In this document: one piece after another, positions 1-12,559 of the stretch
Layout: each line of letters starts with the position of its first letter
Numbering within the stretch: the first letter of the stretch is position 1
DNA from: Cenococcum geophilum
Taxonomy: Eukaryota
Reading direction: 5' to 3'
Assembly: GCA_050273025.1 (NCBI GenBank)
Contig: CP158635.1
Location: 30,256,001 to 30,320,000, forward strand
Length of the DNA: 64,000 nucleotides
Notes under the pieces: generated by a model
What the model was told of the DNA's origin: nothing
Databases searched by the model: none
What the model saw: only the letters and a program-made list of their open reading frames with translations
Position numbers and translations under genes: made by a program

Positions 1-281
1 AACAATCCTCTTATAATCTCTACAGCCTTTAGAAGCTCTATAGTATATAGATGGCCTAAGCTATAATATTAAATATTAACACAAATAAGCGCCTTTCTAT
101 TTAAGTGCTGTTAGTAAATAAATAGTATACCCTAAAAGCTAGTGCTTAGAAAAATATAAAGGAAGCTCGCTAGCAGATATATACCTATATCTAGAATATT
201 AAGGGTAGCTTTAGTATACTACGCAGTCTGCTATATACTCTATACGTTAAGCAAAACTATAAATATTATATTTATAAGCAG

Positions 282-704
282 TGTAACGGAACCTTGTAGA
301 AGGAACTACAATGGGTTCTATTATTGGGCTAGGTATATAGGTAATGCAAATAAAGTTAACAACGTAATAATAACTAGTAGAGTGGTTGCCTAACAGATTA
401 ACTCTAATTATATTTTGAGAATTACTACAAAGAAGGAACTATCTAGGTAGGGACTATGGTCCTTTAAATACACAACCGTACTCCTAAGAAATCCTTCTTA
501 TACGTGATGTACGTGTGCTCTGTTTACTCTATTATAGATCTTATAGATTATACAGATTATATAGATCACCTTATATAACTTACTTACCATTCCTTATTAT
601 ATAGTTCTATTGGCTTTATCCTAGACCATGCTTATATTAACCAACTAGCTTCTTCTAACTCTTCTCTAAGTAGTTATAATATTGTACTTAAAGCGTCCGT
701 AACA
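282..704 (-). repeat. 3' LTR of A1
   Basis: Direct repeat of 7741-8161; TG...CA ends. Confidence 0.97.
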
Positions 705-812
705 CTATCTCCCTCCTCTTTATCTTTATCCTTAAAGATTCCTAATATCTCTAAGTTGTTTACTAGAGGTGTAATATCTGTCTAATTAATTTAGTTAATA
801 TTATTACTTATT

Positions 813-1488
813 ATACCTAAAGCTTCTTCTTCTTCTTCTTCTATAGCTCGTCGGTCTCGTACTATTACCGTTATTTTGTCGCTTAGTAAAATTATACTAT
901 CTCTATATTCCTATTATGCGAAAAAGGGGTTAGTTTATATTATATTGGCGAGCCCTTCCTCGCGGCAACCGTCCTTTTATTTAGAGTATACCAAGGCAAA
1001 CATTTATTCTTCTTATGACGTTTATTCCGTCTTAGATGCTAAGTATACACGTCCTATAACTCTTAATAGTTATTAAGTCCCTCTGTTAATCTATTATAGG
1101 GTTTTATATTTAATCTGCTGCTACGCGGCTAGATAATAAACTGTTAGTAGCTCTGGCTAAGCTTTATTATTCTTATAATGCTAAGTAGAAGGCTGCTAAT
1201 GCTTAATAGCGTGCCCTTAACTCTTACCTTGCTACATCTACTTAACTAATTTATCTTAAGAAAGTGCGTAAGAAGGTCCGTTTTAAGGAGTAGAAACTTA
1301 TAAAATAAGGTCTGTAGGAACTTAGTAATAAGAGGACTAGTTCTTCCTTAACTAAATAGGGAACAACTCCAAGTAGCTCGGTAGCTGCTCCTCTTAGGTC
1401 CCCCTCAAGTAACTCATTTTTTAATAAACCTTTTTTATCAATATTACCTGACCTGCTTTCTTCTAATACTCCTATACCTTTCTTATAA
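813..1488 (+). pseudogene. Antisense accessory gene of A1: Cys6 Zn-cluster-like domain, intron about 1045-1098, coiled-coil exon
   Basis: Homologous ORF in all three A copies, with the ATG intact in A3. Consensus C-x2-C-x5-C-x12-C-x2-C-x7-C. The ORF-track entry 876..1076 is part of it. Confidence 0.7.
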
Positions 1489-4400
1489 CTTTTTTAAATT
1501 CTTTAGTGGCTCCTAGGTAGTCTTATTATAGCCTATCCACTTAACCTTATACTATATTTCGTTGTTAATGTCCTTATAACTAATAATCTTTAAAACTTAC
1601 TATTCGTCCTCTTCTTATCCTCTATATATGTCTGCTTTATAAACTAGTGGCTTAATATTCCTATATACTGGCTCTAGCATTATAATATACTATATAGGGT
1701 AGATCTTTATCCTAGCTAGTAGGTTTAACTTAAATGTAACTGGTAAAATCCTCTACGTAACTTTAAAAGGTTCTAGTCTAACATAGTCTAACTTCTTACT
1801 TTGTCGTTAACTCTTGAAATTTTTATATAGTAGCTATACTTTATCTCCCTCCTTAAGATCTGGTCCCTTAGATCTCTTAGCATTATAGTACCTTTTCATT
1901 CTTTACTATACTATTTTAGCTGTTTCCATAAGGTCTATATAAAGATTTATTAAAGTCTCTATTCTTTACTTAGCTATACTACTTGTTCTCTTTACTTAAT
2001 ATAGCAATAATAATGTTCTTAGCTTATATCCATAATTCGCCTTAAATAGTAATATACCTATTCCTTTCTATAGTGTTACATTGTATATAAACTATATAAC
2101 TAGTAATAGCGATACCTAATCGTTTTATACGTAATTAATATAGTATTTTAAATACTATTCTAGTGTCTAATTTAGTATTTCTATTTAACCGTCTATCTGC
2201 GGATAATATACGGTGGAAGTTACTACTTAAACTCCTTACTCCGCTAAAAATACCTCTTAGAATACTGCTATAAATCTTAAATCTCTATCTAATATAATCT
2301 TACTTAGTGCTCTATATCTTACGAATACTTCCTTAATATAGATTCTAGCGACATCTTCCGCTAATATTTCTTCTATGTATACTATAAAGTATCCCCACTT
2401 TGTAAGCTTATCTACTATTACTAAGATTATATTATAATCTTATCCGGTAATAGGATTTTTTTAACTTTAATAACTTAATAATAAAGTCCTATAATATAAC
2501 CTCCTATAGTCTCTCTAGTATTTTAATAGGTTATAGCCCTCCACATAGCTTATGCCTTATTAGTTTATTTCTCTAGTAATCTAAATATTCTTTAGTAACC
2601 TTTCTCGCTAGTTTTTAGATTCCATTAATAATATATTCCTCTTAAAGTCTTAATACTAAGCCTATAGCTCCGTTATGTCCTTAAGTTATTCCCTTATAGA
2701 AATCTTCCACAAAATGCTCTACTATGCCTTTTAGGATGTATATAGCTTCTCGGTTCTTATATATGTCCATCTATAAACCTTCTAGCTATGCTTCTAGAAT
2801 TCTTTATACCTAAAAGCTTTCTAATATCTTATAAATTCTTTCTAACTTTTCTTCCTATATTACTATAATCTTTGGATAATTATATCTAATTAATCCGTCT
2901 ATATCTTTTCGCAATAAAGCCCCTAATGGCTTTTTATCGTTCTATAGTTTAGCTTTTCTACTTAGAGTATCTGCTCGTGCATTTTCTATACCCTTAGTAT
3001 TTTATAAGCATCTCTACCTATCTAACTTATCTTTAGTTAAGTTCCTTTACTATTAGGAATCCTATTAAGTTCTTATAATCTATTTTAACTATAAATAGTT
3101 TCTCTATACCTTGCAAGAATGCTCTCTATTTCTTTAATACTGCAATTATACCTAATAACTCCTTATTATAGATGTCATAGTTTAACTCTAGGTGTATTAT
3201 TTTCCGACTATAGTATGCCACTAGGTGCTATCTATCTTTATATTTCTATAGGAAGTACGCCCCTAGTATAAAGTCTAATGCATCTATTTCTACAACCGTC
3301 TCTAACTTTGGTTAGTAAATCTTAAGGATTAGTTCTTAGGTAAATAACTCCTTAAGTTCTATAAACAACTTCTTTTACTTATTTCCCAACATCCATAGTT
3401 CCTCTTTCTTTATTAGTCTTATAAATAGCTTAGTATTCGCTAACCATTATACTATAAACCTTCTGCAGTAATTGCAAAACCCTAGGAACAATCTTAACTA
3501 TATAACGTTCTCTAGTTCCTACTAATTTACTATAGCCTTAATCTTCTTTAGATCTATACTAAGTTAGCCTAGTTTAATAATAAATCTAACGAAATCAGTC
3601 TTCCTAATAAAAAACTCGTATTTCTTAATTGCTACTGACATCTATTCTTCTTATAGTCTCCTTAAGACCCATTTAATATATTCTCCATATTCTTCCTTAG
3701 TTATTAAGTAGATAATAATATCGTTAAGGTATACTATAATAAATTTATCTAAGTATTTTCCCAATACGTTGTTAATACGCTTCTAGAACGTTGCTAGTGC
3801 GTTTATAAGCCCGAATTGCATAACTAATAGTTTATATAGTCCTTCCTTTAATCTAAAAGCTGCTTTCTATTTATCGCCTTCCTTAATCCTAATCTAATGG
3901 TACACCTATCTTAGATCTATCTTCGTAAAGATTTATATATTACCTATCTTATCTTAGATTTCGCTAATTAAGGGTAAAGGATACCTATCCTTTCTTGTAA
4001 TGCTGTTTAACTGTTTATAGTTAATGCATAGCCTTAGCTTATCATTCTTCTTTAGTACAAATAGTACTAGATAACCCGCTAATGACTGTAATAGTCTAAT
4101 ATATCCTTTTTATAAGTTTTCCTAGACAAACTCTTTAAGTGCCTATAACTCTTTTTCTATAAGCTTATAGGTTAGAAAAAACCTTAGACTTATTTCTAGT
4201 TCCAACTCTATTTTATAATCCTATACTATATACTCTAACAGCTTCTTACTTTCTAGTAACCATAGTTTTTTGCCGTACTTATAGTATCTTTTTAGTATAT
4301 AACTTAGTCCTTTTTCCATTTCCTTATAGGTTGCTCCTACTTAGTACCATACTAACTTAGTCTATTATTATATCTTATATTATTAAGTATCTCTAATATT

Positions 4401-7400
4401 AACTTAACCTGTAATCCAATTAATCTTTAAATTATATTCCTATAATTAAGGCATTCCTAGTACTACCTTATTATTTCCCAATAGTAATATATTAAAAGAC
4501 ATTTCAATTTATCTCCCTTTAATAGTTATCTAAATAGGTCCTATTTTAAGGTTAATAATGCCTCCTCTATAGGCTATCGGATCTCCTAAAATTGTTACTA
4601 ACGGATATAGGTGCTCTTTTTGCTTATATAGTAGCCCTATCCTTTTAACTACTGCCGGTAATATATGGTTCCTTATTACTCTACTATCTACTAACATTTT
4701 AAACTGCTAATCTTGCCAATTAACTTATAAGTTTAGGTATTGTCTTTAAATTCCTTTAAGGGTCTAAGGCTTTACTACTAGTTCCCTTTAGTCCCGTAGG
4801 CCTCTACTTTTCCTAACTATTAGCTACTAGATTCTATTTATACTTAGTCTACTTTTAGCCAATACTTAGTTTACTTCTTATCTTTAATATGCCATAAATA
4901 GGTATTCTCTAGATATTCCCACTATTATTATCTATCTAGGCATTCTTCTATAAGAAATCTTCCTAGTTATAGTATTAAGTCCCCTTAGCTTTAAACTTCT
5001 ATAAGGTGCCAACTATATATATACTTAGCATTTCTATATTTTACCTCATTTGGTGCCCAATATATCCTTACTAAGTACTTCCGGTTCTTATCTTTAGGTG
5101 CTCTATATATATTATACATATTATCTATATATACGATCTATACTAATATATAATACGCTTAGTGTCTTAGGTTAACTCTTAGCTCGTCCTTATCCTTAAG
5201 TTTAAACCTCTCTTATATTAATCTAAGCGTTGCGACTTCGTTTATAGGTACTAAGATTTGCCTTTCACTTCTCCAGTCCTCTAATTACTCCTTTAGATCT
5301 TTTAATATTATAATTAAGGCTCCTTTAATGTAAGTCATGGCCTTCTCCGTAATTAGGTAATCTTAGACAACTTTCTCGTCTAACTATATATAGAAATCTT
5401 CCTACTTACTATTGTGTCGTTGTCTATATCACTTTTAGTATAATTTCTTAAGTATATATAGTCTATCCGTAAGGAAGTATCTCCTTATTACTACGTTATA
5501 ACAGCTCTTTATGTGCCATTCTTTAAACCTAGTTAGAATTCCTAAATCCTCTTCTTATTCCAGTTTAGTAAGCCACTTAGCTCTTAGTATACCTACTCTA
5601 GGCCTATTAGTAATTCTTTATATAGGTGCTTTATTCCTTATACGTCCTAGTATACTAGATCTTTTATTTAGTTTCTATTCTTGCCATACGGTAATTCTTG
5701 CTCTAAATTCTGCTATAGTTTTTTCTTTTCGCGTCTTGCGAGTAGATTCTTAAAGTCTTCTTACTTCCTAATTCCCTTATCTATGGTCCTTATTCGTGTA
5801 TTAAAGTCTTAGTTTTATAGAATTCTTAATCCTAAGCTTACTTCTATCTTAAGCTTTACTCCTACCTTAGTCCAACTAGGCTTAGGTATTCTAGTCTTGT
5901 CTTAAGAGTCTTAAATCTTACTTATTTCGTCTTAAGAGTCTTATGCCTTTAGGAAACTTTATCCCAAGCTTATTTGTATATTTTTAAACTAAGCTACTGC
6001 CCTGCTCTATTGGTTTTCGTCTATTATAGGTCCTTAGGTATACCTTATCTTATCTTAAGAATCTTAGTCGTCTCTTATCTCTTCTTAAAAATCTTAAGCC
6101 TTTGGCCTTTTACCTTTATTAAGTAGTAAATTAGCACTAGCAATCGTTTACTTACTTAATCCCTTTAGGATGCTTTTCCTTCCATCTTATAAAGCGATAG
6201 ATGCCGTATCCAACGGTATTATTATTCCCGTTACTAAACCTAACTCTATAGCAGTCTTAGTCTCTACTTCTATAATTGCGTTATTAAGGTTTAAATATCC
6301 CCAGTTAGTTCCTTTGTCTCCCTTATCGCTGCTAATTAATAAGTACTCTAACTCCATTATTATTATTACTAATCTTTATCCACACGTCGCTGTAATATCT
6401 TAATCTAGCTTATAGAGTCGATCTTATTCTTCGTCTAACTCCTAGGTTCCTTTAAGTTTTCTTAACTCTAGCTCCTATAGCCAATAGCTTACGCCGTACT
6501 TTGTGTCTTTATAAATCTGGCATACATTATTGTAACAAAATGCGAAACTATTAATTAAACACTCTTTTATTCCTTATAGTATACTATTATCCCTCTATAT
6601 ATATGTGTTATCTACTAGTCTAGTTCCTTTTATTATATAATAACTCTAACTATCTTTATAATCCCTAGCAAAGTAACCTTATTTCCCGCAATTTATATAA
6701 GCTCCGTCTCTAAACCACTAATTTTGCTATAGAGTCCGCCTAAACGTCTTCTACTACTAAGATCCTTGGTTTAGCCTTTACTCCTTAGTCCTATAATTAC
6801 TTAATCCTTAACCTCTAGGTTTCTATAGTTTCTTAGCCCATCTCTTATAGGTTTCTTTAGTACCGCTTAAGTCTATTAGCTCTATACCATACCATATTTT
6901 CTAATTCTGCTTTAGTTGTTGTGTACTTTACGTCTTATATAACTATAGAACTCTATCCTAACCTCTCTTGGCCTGTTCCCTTTAATAAATCCAATTATTA
7001 ATCTTAATCGCTTAATCTATTAGTTCCCTTAGGGTATTCGCATCTTCCATTAGGATAATTACGTCCTAAACTTTAGCCTTAAGTCCCTGTTTATACTGTG
7101 CCATAAGCGCCCTATTATTCCACTTAACTTATATAGCTAGTGTCTAGAACTGCGTAGTGTACTTAATTACTAAGGTTTACTGCGTAATATCTTAGAGTTT
7201 CCTTTCCGCTGTAGTCGTTGCCTTTAGGTCTCTAAACATTTATATAAGTCGTTCCGCGAATCCGCTCTAACTAGAAAACACAAACCATACTTCTTAGTTA
7301 GTGGTCGTTATACTATTCGCTTATATTTCCGTAAGGTAAGGTTTAAACTACTTAAGTGCCTTTCCTAATAAGAATAGTCCCGTGTACGCTACTTAATCTA

Positions 7401-7698
7401 TAGGTATTATTAGCTTTACTCCTTTCTATATAACTTTAAAGTGCATTTATATAAGGAATCCTTTAAGCTTTAATCTTTCTCCTAAGAATCTCTTAATTAA
7501 TGGTAACTTAACCTTTATTGCTCCTATCCTATTAATCCTATTTTTAAGTATTATATTATTTTCCATTAACCGGTTAACTATCTCTTATAACTATCTAACT
7601 GTCATAGGTTGTTACGAGTCAGTATCTGCTATACTGGTGTTATTTCCTAAAGTAGTTGCTACCGTTAATAGCGTTATGGTGGCTGCTTTTGGTGGCAT
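1410..7698 (-). pseudogene. gag-pol of A1 (gag, CCHC knuckle, long spacer, PR, RT, RNase H, IN, chromodomain)
   Basis: MPPKAAT start; LVDSG-type protease near 4690; YLND(D)-type RT motif near 3725; DASD-type RNase H near 3280; many TAA/TAG stops at Gln/Trp positions. Confidence 0.92.
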
Positions 7699-7740
7699 GT
7701 TATTTAACTTCCTATTAATACCGTAACTAGGTAGTAATTA

Positions 7741-8161
7741 TATAACGGAACCTTATAGCAGAAACTACGATGGGTTCTGTTATTAGGCTAGGTATATAGG
7801 TAATACAAATAAAGTTAACAACGTAATAATAACTGGTGGAGTGGTTACTTAATAGATTAACTCTAATTATATTCTAAGAATTACTATAAGGAAGGAACTA
7901 TCTAGGTAGGGACTATAGTCCTTTAAATATACAACCGTACTCCTAAGAAATCCTTCTTATACGTAATGTACGTGTGCTCTATTTACTCTATTATAGATCC
8001 TATAGATTATACAGATTACACAGATTACCTTACGTGACTTGCTTACCATTCCTCGTTATATAGTTCTATTGGCTCCATTCTAGACTGCTTGTATTAACTA
8101 ACTAGCTTCTTCCAACTCTTCTCCAAGTAGTCGTAACATTGTACTTAAAGCGTCCGTAATA
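7741..8161 (-). repeat. 5' LTR of A1
   Basis: Direct repeat of 282-704, differing mostly by transitions. Confidence 0.97.
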
Positions 8162-8179
8162 AGTAGAACTTTAAGCTAT

Positions 8180-8441
8180 TATAAGGCACATTACTAAGGT
8201 ATACAGTAGGGAGTAGGCAAGCTAAGCATGAGTTACAAGGAGAGTTAATAGAAGAGGACGATATGGTAATAAGGGTAGGCAATAGCCTAAGGACAGAGAA
8301 AGATAAACTAATAGGGGAGGAAGGAGGCTGTAAGCCCGAGGAGCTTATAAGGGGTGGCCAAGGCCTAGCCGAAGGCTAGCCTTGGCAGCCCCTAAGAGCT
8401 CCTAGGATATAGCCGAGTAAGGGACCAAAAGTACCCTTATA
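8180..8441. mobile_element. Solo LTR (262 bp) of a family not otherwise seen in the window
   Basis: Inverted ends tataagg...ccttata (RIP of TG...CA) with 5-bp TSD gctat at 8175-8179 and 8442-8446; the host sequence resumes exactly. Confidence 0.85.
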
Positions 8442-9239
8442 GCTATATTTTAGAGGTATATGCTTAAAATATTGCTTAAGTAGTAGATTATGCAAAAAGG
8501 TATATACTAATAGTGTACTATTATTCTGTTAGCTAATACGCATATAGGATAGTTTATTAAGATTAGAGCTAGTTATACCTTAGCGTAAAAAACGTGCGTA
8601 ATTAGCTTCTGCTAGTAGTCTAGCTAAAATACCTACTAAGGAGCCCGCGAAGCCCTACTGTATGCGTCCATATCGCCGCGGGTGGAAACATCATCAGGAA
8701 CTCGTTTCTTATGATGGCCAAGTGTAGAGGCGATGGTAGGGAGCCGTCGCAGCGCATGCGACGCGCTGTGGTGTTAAGCTCGCGACGCGTACGAAGCATC
8801 GTACAAAGCATCGCCCTTAACAACACTAGGAGCCTCACTTGTTGGAATTACAAGGTCATAAGGTCACAGCGGAGCTGTCTTGAGGGGTCAATTGATGATA
8901 GAGATGACGCAGACGATGAATATTGATTGATTCGTGATGCAGTAGATGCGGTTGATGTCTATCTAGATTGCATGCGGACTTCGACCTCGCATTACCTCAG
9001 CGAGCTCAGACTAAGAAATCGATTGTGCGGATATAGGAATATCCGCACCGTCCGCTAAGCTGATTTAGGACGGCAATCGTTTTCTTAGTCTAAGGCACTT
9101 TGGCGAGCTTTATAGAAAACCTAAACACGGTTTATATAAGAAGACCTTATTAACTTTAACGAAATTAATCTACCCTCCTACAATACCTGTTAATATAAAA
9201 ATTACACCAAATTATAGAGAAAAGCCTACTCTATAAGTT

Positions 9240-11900
9240 ATAAGATCTTCAGCTCCTTATACACGCGCGACGTTAAGAGGAATTCGTCGCCGTAGAGGCC
9301 CTAATTCTACCTCTACACCGCCGAGCCGTGTAGTAAACACCAACGCTAAACGCTTACATCCACGCCGCCAGCCCTCTACACAGCCAGCGGATATTCCAGC
9401 GGATATTCTAGCGGATATTCTAGCGGATATTCCATCTACCAGTTAGACAAAGACATTAAAGGAAGAGAAGGTTAACATCATAAAGGACCTTCTACATTAA
9501 TAGGGCTGGTCTTTTCATAGGCTAATCTTTAAGTACTTAGAAAGCGAGAACAGGCATAGAGGCAATAGGAAGAAGAAGAAAGTAGGGAACCTACTTATTG
9601 CTTTACTAAAGGAAAAGGAAATATAAGAAGAGCTTATTAATAGGGCTAAAATTTATATAACGCTAGTAACCTATACTACCCGCTATATCCGGAAAGAACT
9701 CCGCCAACTATAATTATAACGCGGCCCCTTTAACACATGGACTCCAGATATAGAGTTTTAGGATATTAACCTTAAAAATGCGGCCTAGTTTATTCAGCAG
9801 CACGGTCCGCTACTATTCCAGCTTATTAAGGGGATATCCGCACTAAATAGAGAGGAACATAGTCGGGATCCGCACGGCGGACGTATAGTTATAGTTACCT
9901 CTATATTCCTTTTAGGGTTTACCTAAAACTCCGCAAATGGTTTCGCCCGTTTACTTAGTCTATATCTTTAGGCGCTTAGTATAAAGCGCCGTGTACTATC
10001 TTTTCTATATAGCCTTAGTCTAATTAACAGTTATAAAACTCTTAACGCTAAAAAGCTTAGGCTAGCTAAACGTTTTAAGGAAAGTCCTATTAATTCTAAT
10101 AGCCCTTCTAACGCTAATAACCCTTAAAAAACTAATTAAGTCTCTATCTATTTATAATAATGTCTGCATTATCTATAATAACTTTAACTATTACCAAAAG
10201 ACTTAACATTAGGTTATTGGCGAGATTGGTAAGTTTAATTCGCATACTATAGGAAAGATTTTACGCGGAGTCTGTATGCCTAAAGGGGGCCTTAAGTAGT
10301 TAATGCTAAACAACACCCGTTAACTTAAGCTAGATAAGGTTGTTAATGCAGCTAGGAATAGGTTTAATAACCTTTAGAAGCGGATATCTACAAGTTTTAT
10401 TACAGACGCCATCCGATACGCGTATTCTACTATAGTTAATAGCATATTCAACTCTAACGCGGATATTAAATATCCGCGTATACTAGTAGTTAATATTCTC
10501 CCTTATAGAAGGACAGAGTATATAACTCTAGGACCTATTCTAAATAGCGAGGCTTCTATTAACGGCAACTATCGCGTAATAGAGAATATCTTCCTAGAAT
10601 AACTGCAGTATAATCACAAAACCGCTTTTAATGACTGGCTTTTCCTAATATATAGAGATTAGAAAACCGCAAAGCTTATCTAATTATATAAAGAGGAGCG
10701 GGTTAAGGCGGAAGGTGCGTACAATAGCTATAAGTAGGTGTTGCCTATTCTAGGGCTATAGTATATGCAATTAAACTTCCTATATATAATTATGCGTACG
10801 TTCTATAAGGGTAAGGAAGCCGCGCAGCAGTTTTTAGCGCTTTACGCCTATATAAACCACCTAGGACGGCGTAATATTTCTAGGGAAAAGGCCCTATTTT
10901 ATTATATAGAAGAGCTAATCCTCCAAAGCTTTAACGCTTATATTATTGCGTTATTCCTACTCCATATCCGCAACAAGTACAACATTAAGGCAGATAGTAA
11001 GGCTAAGCGATATATACGAAACCTATCTCCGCAGCAATTTCTAGAGCATATTAAGGATATCCGTACAGCAGCTTTTTTAAGAGATATATGCCGCGATGCA
11101 AATCAGCGCTTAGAGCCACCTACTAACGCACGTTAGCTAGCAGCAACGTCGTCCTCTACAGGTACATTAAGCTCCGCCGCTAATAACTATAATACGGAAT
11201 TCTTTAATTATATCCAGTTCCTATAGGTTATTAATACTTATAAGCTTCTAAAATACGCCATTAAGCATATAGATATTGGACTACTAAAGCGTATAATCTC
11301 CTGCCTTTACTTATACTTTACTAGAAGCTTATTAAAGAACTATGCATATAATATGCTAATCCTATAGTAACTAGTTAGAATAAGCGCTTATAATCCAGTG
11401 CTTTAACGGGCTATCCTTACTAATAGTTTAGTCAATCTCTAAGGGCGGCTAGATAGCTTCTTTGAGACGGATCGCCTTAATAAACTACTAAATCTTCAAC
11501 TCAAGGAGTTGCTCTAGATATATAGGAATTCGACGTTTGGTATAGACGAGCTATTTAAATAGAGTGTTCTTATAATAAGTTACACTAGCGCGCTCCACAA
11601 TATTTTTAAGCGTATATTTAGTGAATATATAAACAGCAAACATACAACTAAGTCTCCAGCGCTAGATATCCGCTATCTTGCAGATTAGATTAGGAAGGAT
11701 TTAATCGTGCAATATACGCGGCGCTCGGCGGATTTTAAGGCTCCTTTGCTTCTATAGCGCGGATATAAGAAACTTACAAAGGACGGCGTAAATACATTTA
11801 ACGCCTTTCTATTAACTACAGCCGGTTTACTATTTAATCCCCTTATATACAGCTTTAGTGATGCTAACGAGAATATAAAGGTACTAGGGGAAGCTACTAA
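9240..11900 (+). pseudogene. Academ-type (DUF6589-like) transposase
   Basis: De-RIPed motifs YDNFNY (about 10175), GDQKT (about 10655), WVLPIxGLWHMQLN (about 10740), FETDRLNE (about 11465). The ORF-track entry 10765..11136 is a fragment. Ends approximate. Confidence 0.75.
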
Positions 11901-12559
11901 ATATATTTACATAGTTTATTGTCCTAATATTATACCTATACCTCTGCTAATATATATAATAGTTAGTGTATAAGTTACTTAATAAATGCTAAGAGTAACA
12001 GTAATATATTATTTTAATTACAAATATACTTCTATTATGCGTTAGCGTATATAGGACGTTAAGTTTAAGGCACCTACTATTCTTTAACTTAGATTAGAGC
12101 GGCTCTTACAGGGCAGCATTATTGATTTTAATATACGGATGTCTTATATTAGCGGTTTACTATACGACCCTTATAAGGACGGATTTAATAAGGCTACGGA
12201 TAATATGCTAGAGGACTTTTAAATACTTAGGCTTTTAGTACGTTTCTGTCTTAATATATTAATCGAGTTCTTTTTATTAATATTAACTCTAGCCAGCGTA
12301 TAATCTTCTTAGTACGTAGTATATAACGTAGTAGTAGGCTATTTTGTAGTGCAGATATATAAATATCTATATCTTAGCTTATGCGGATATCTTTATATTA
12401 GCTTACGCGGATATTATTATCTTAGCTTATACGGATATTATAATATTAATTAAGTATATCTATTAAATATAAGGCAGAGACTTAATTCCTATATATATAG
12501 TAGCAAAAAGGTATAAGCTACTATTTTATTATTATAAACTAGCAACAACAGCCAGCCCG

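Larger units (their letters stand above)
282..8161 (-). mobile_element. Ty3/Gypsy chromovirus LTR retrotransposon, family A copy A1, RIP-inactivated
   Basis: LTRs 282-704 and 7741-8161 (tgtaac...gtaaca), TSD agcag 277-281 / agtag 8162-8166, polypurine tract complement at 705-720, gag ATG at 7698, degenerate protease/RT/RNase H/integrase/chromodomain on the minus strand. Confidence 0.97.

Noticed and set aside
5511..6403. Hydrophobic ORF-track entries (5511, 6170, 32961, 33459, 44550, 45013, 48631, 57040, 59532) as membrane or env-like proteins
   Set aside because: They are antisense shadow frames of RIPed gag-pol; the L/I/Y richness comes from AT bias.
8620..8926. ORFs 8620..8838 (-) and 8711..8926 (+) in the GC-richer island as a host gene
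   Set aside because: Both cross TSD-defined element junctions and stay open only because the island escaped RIP.
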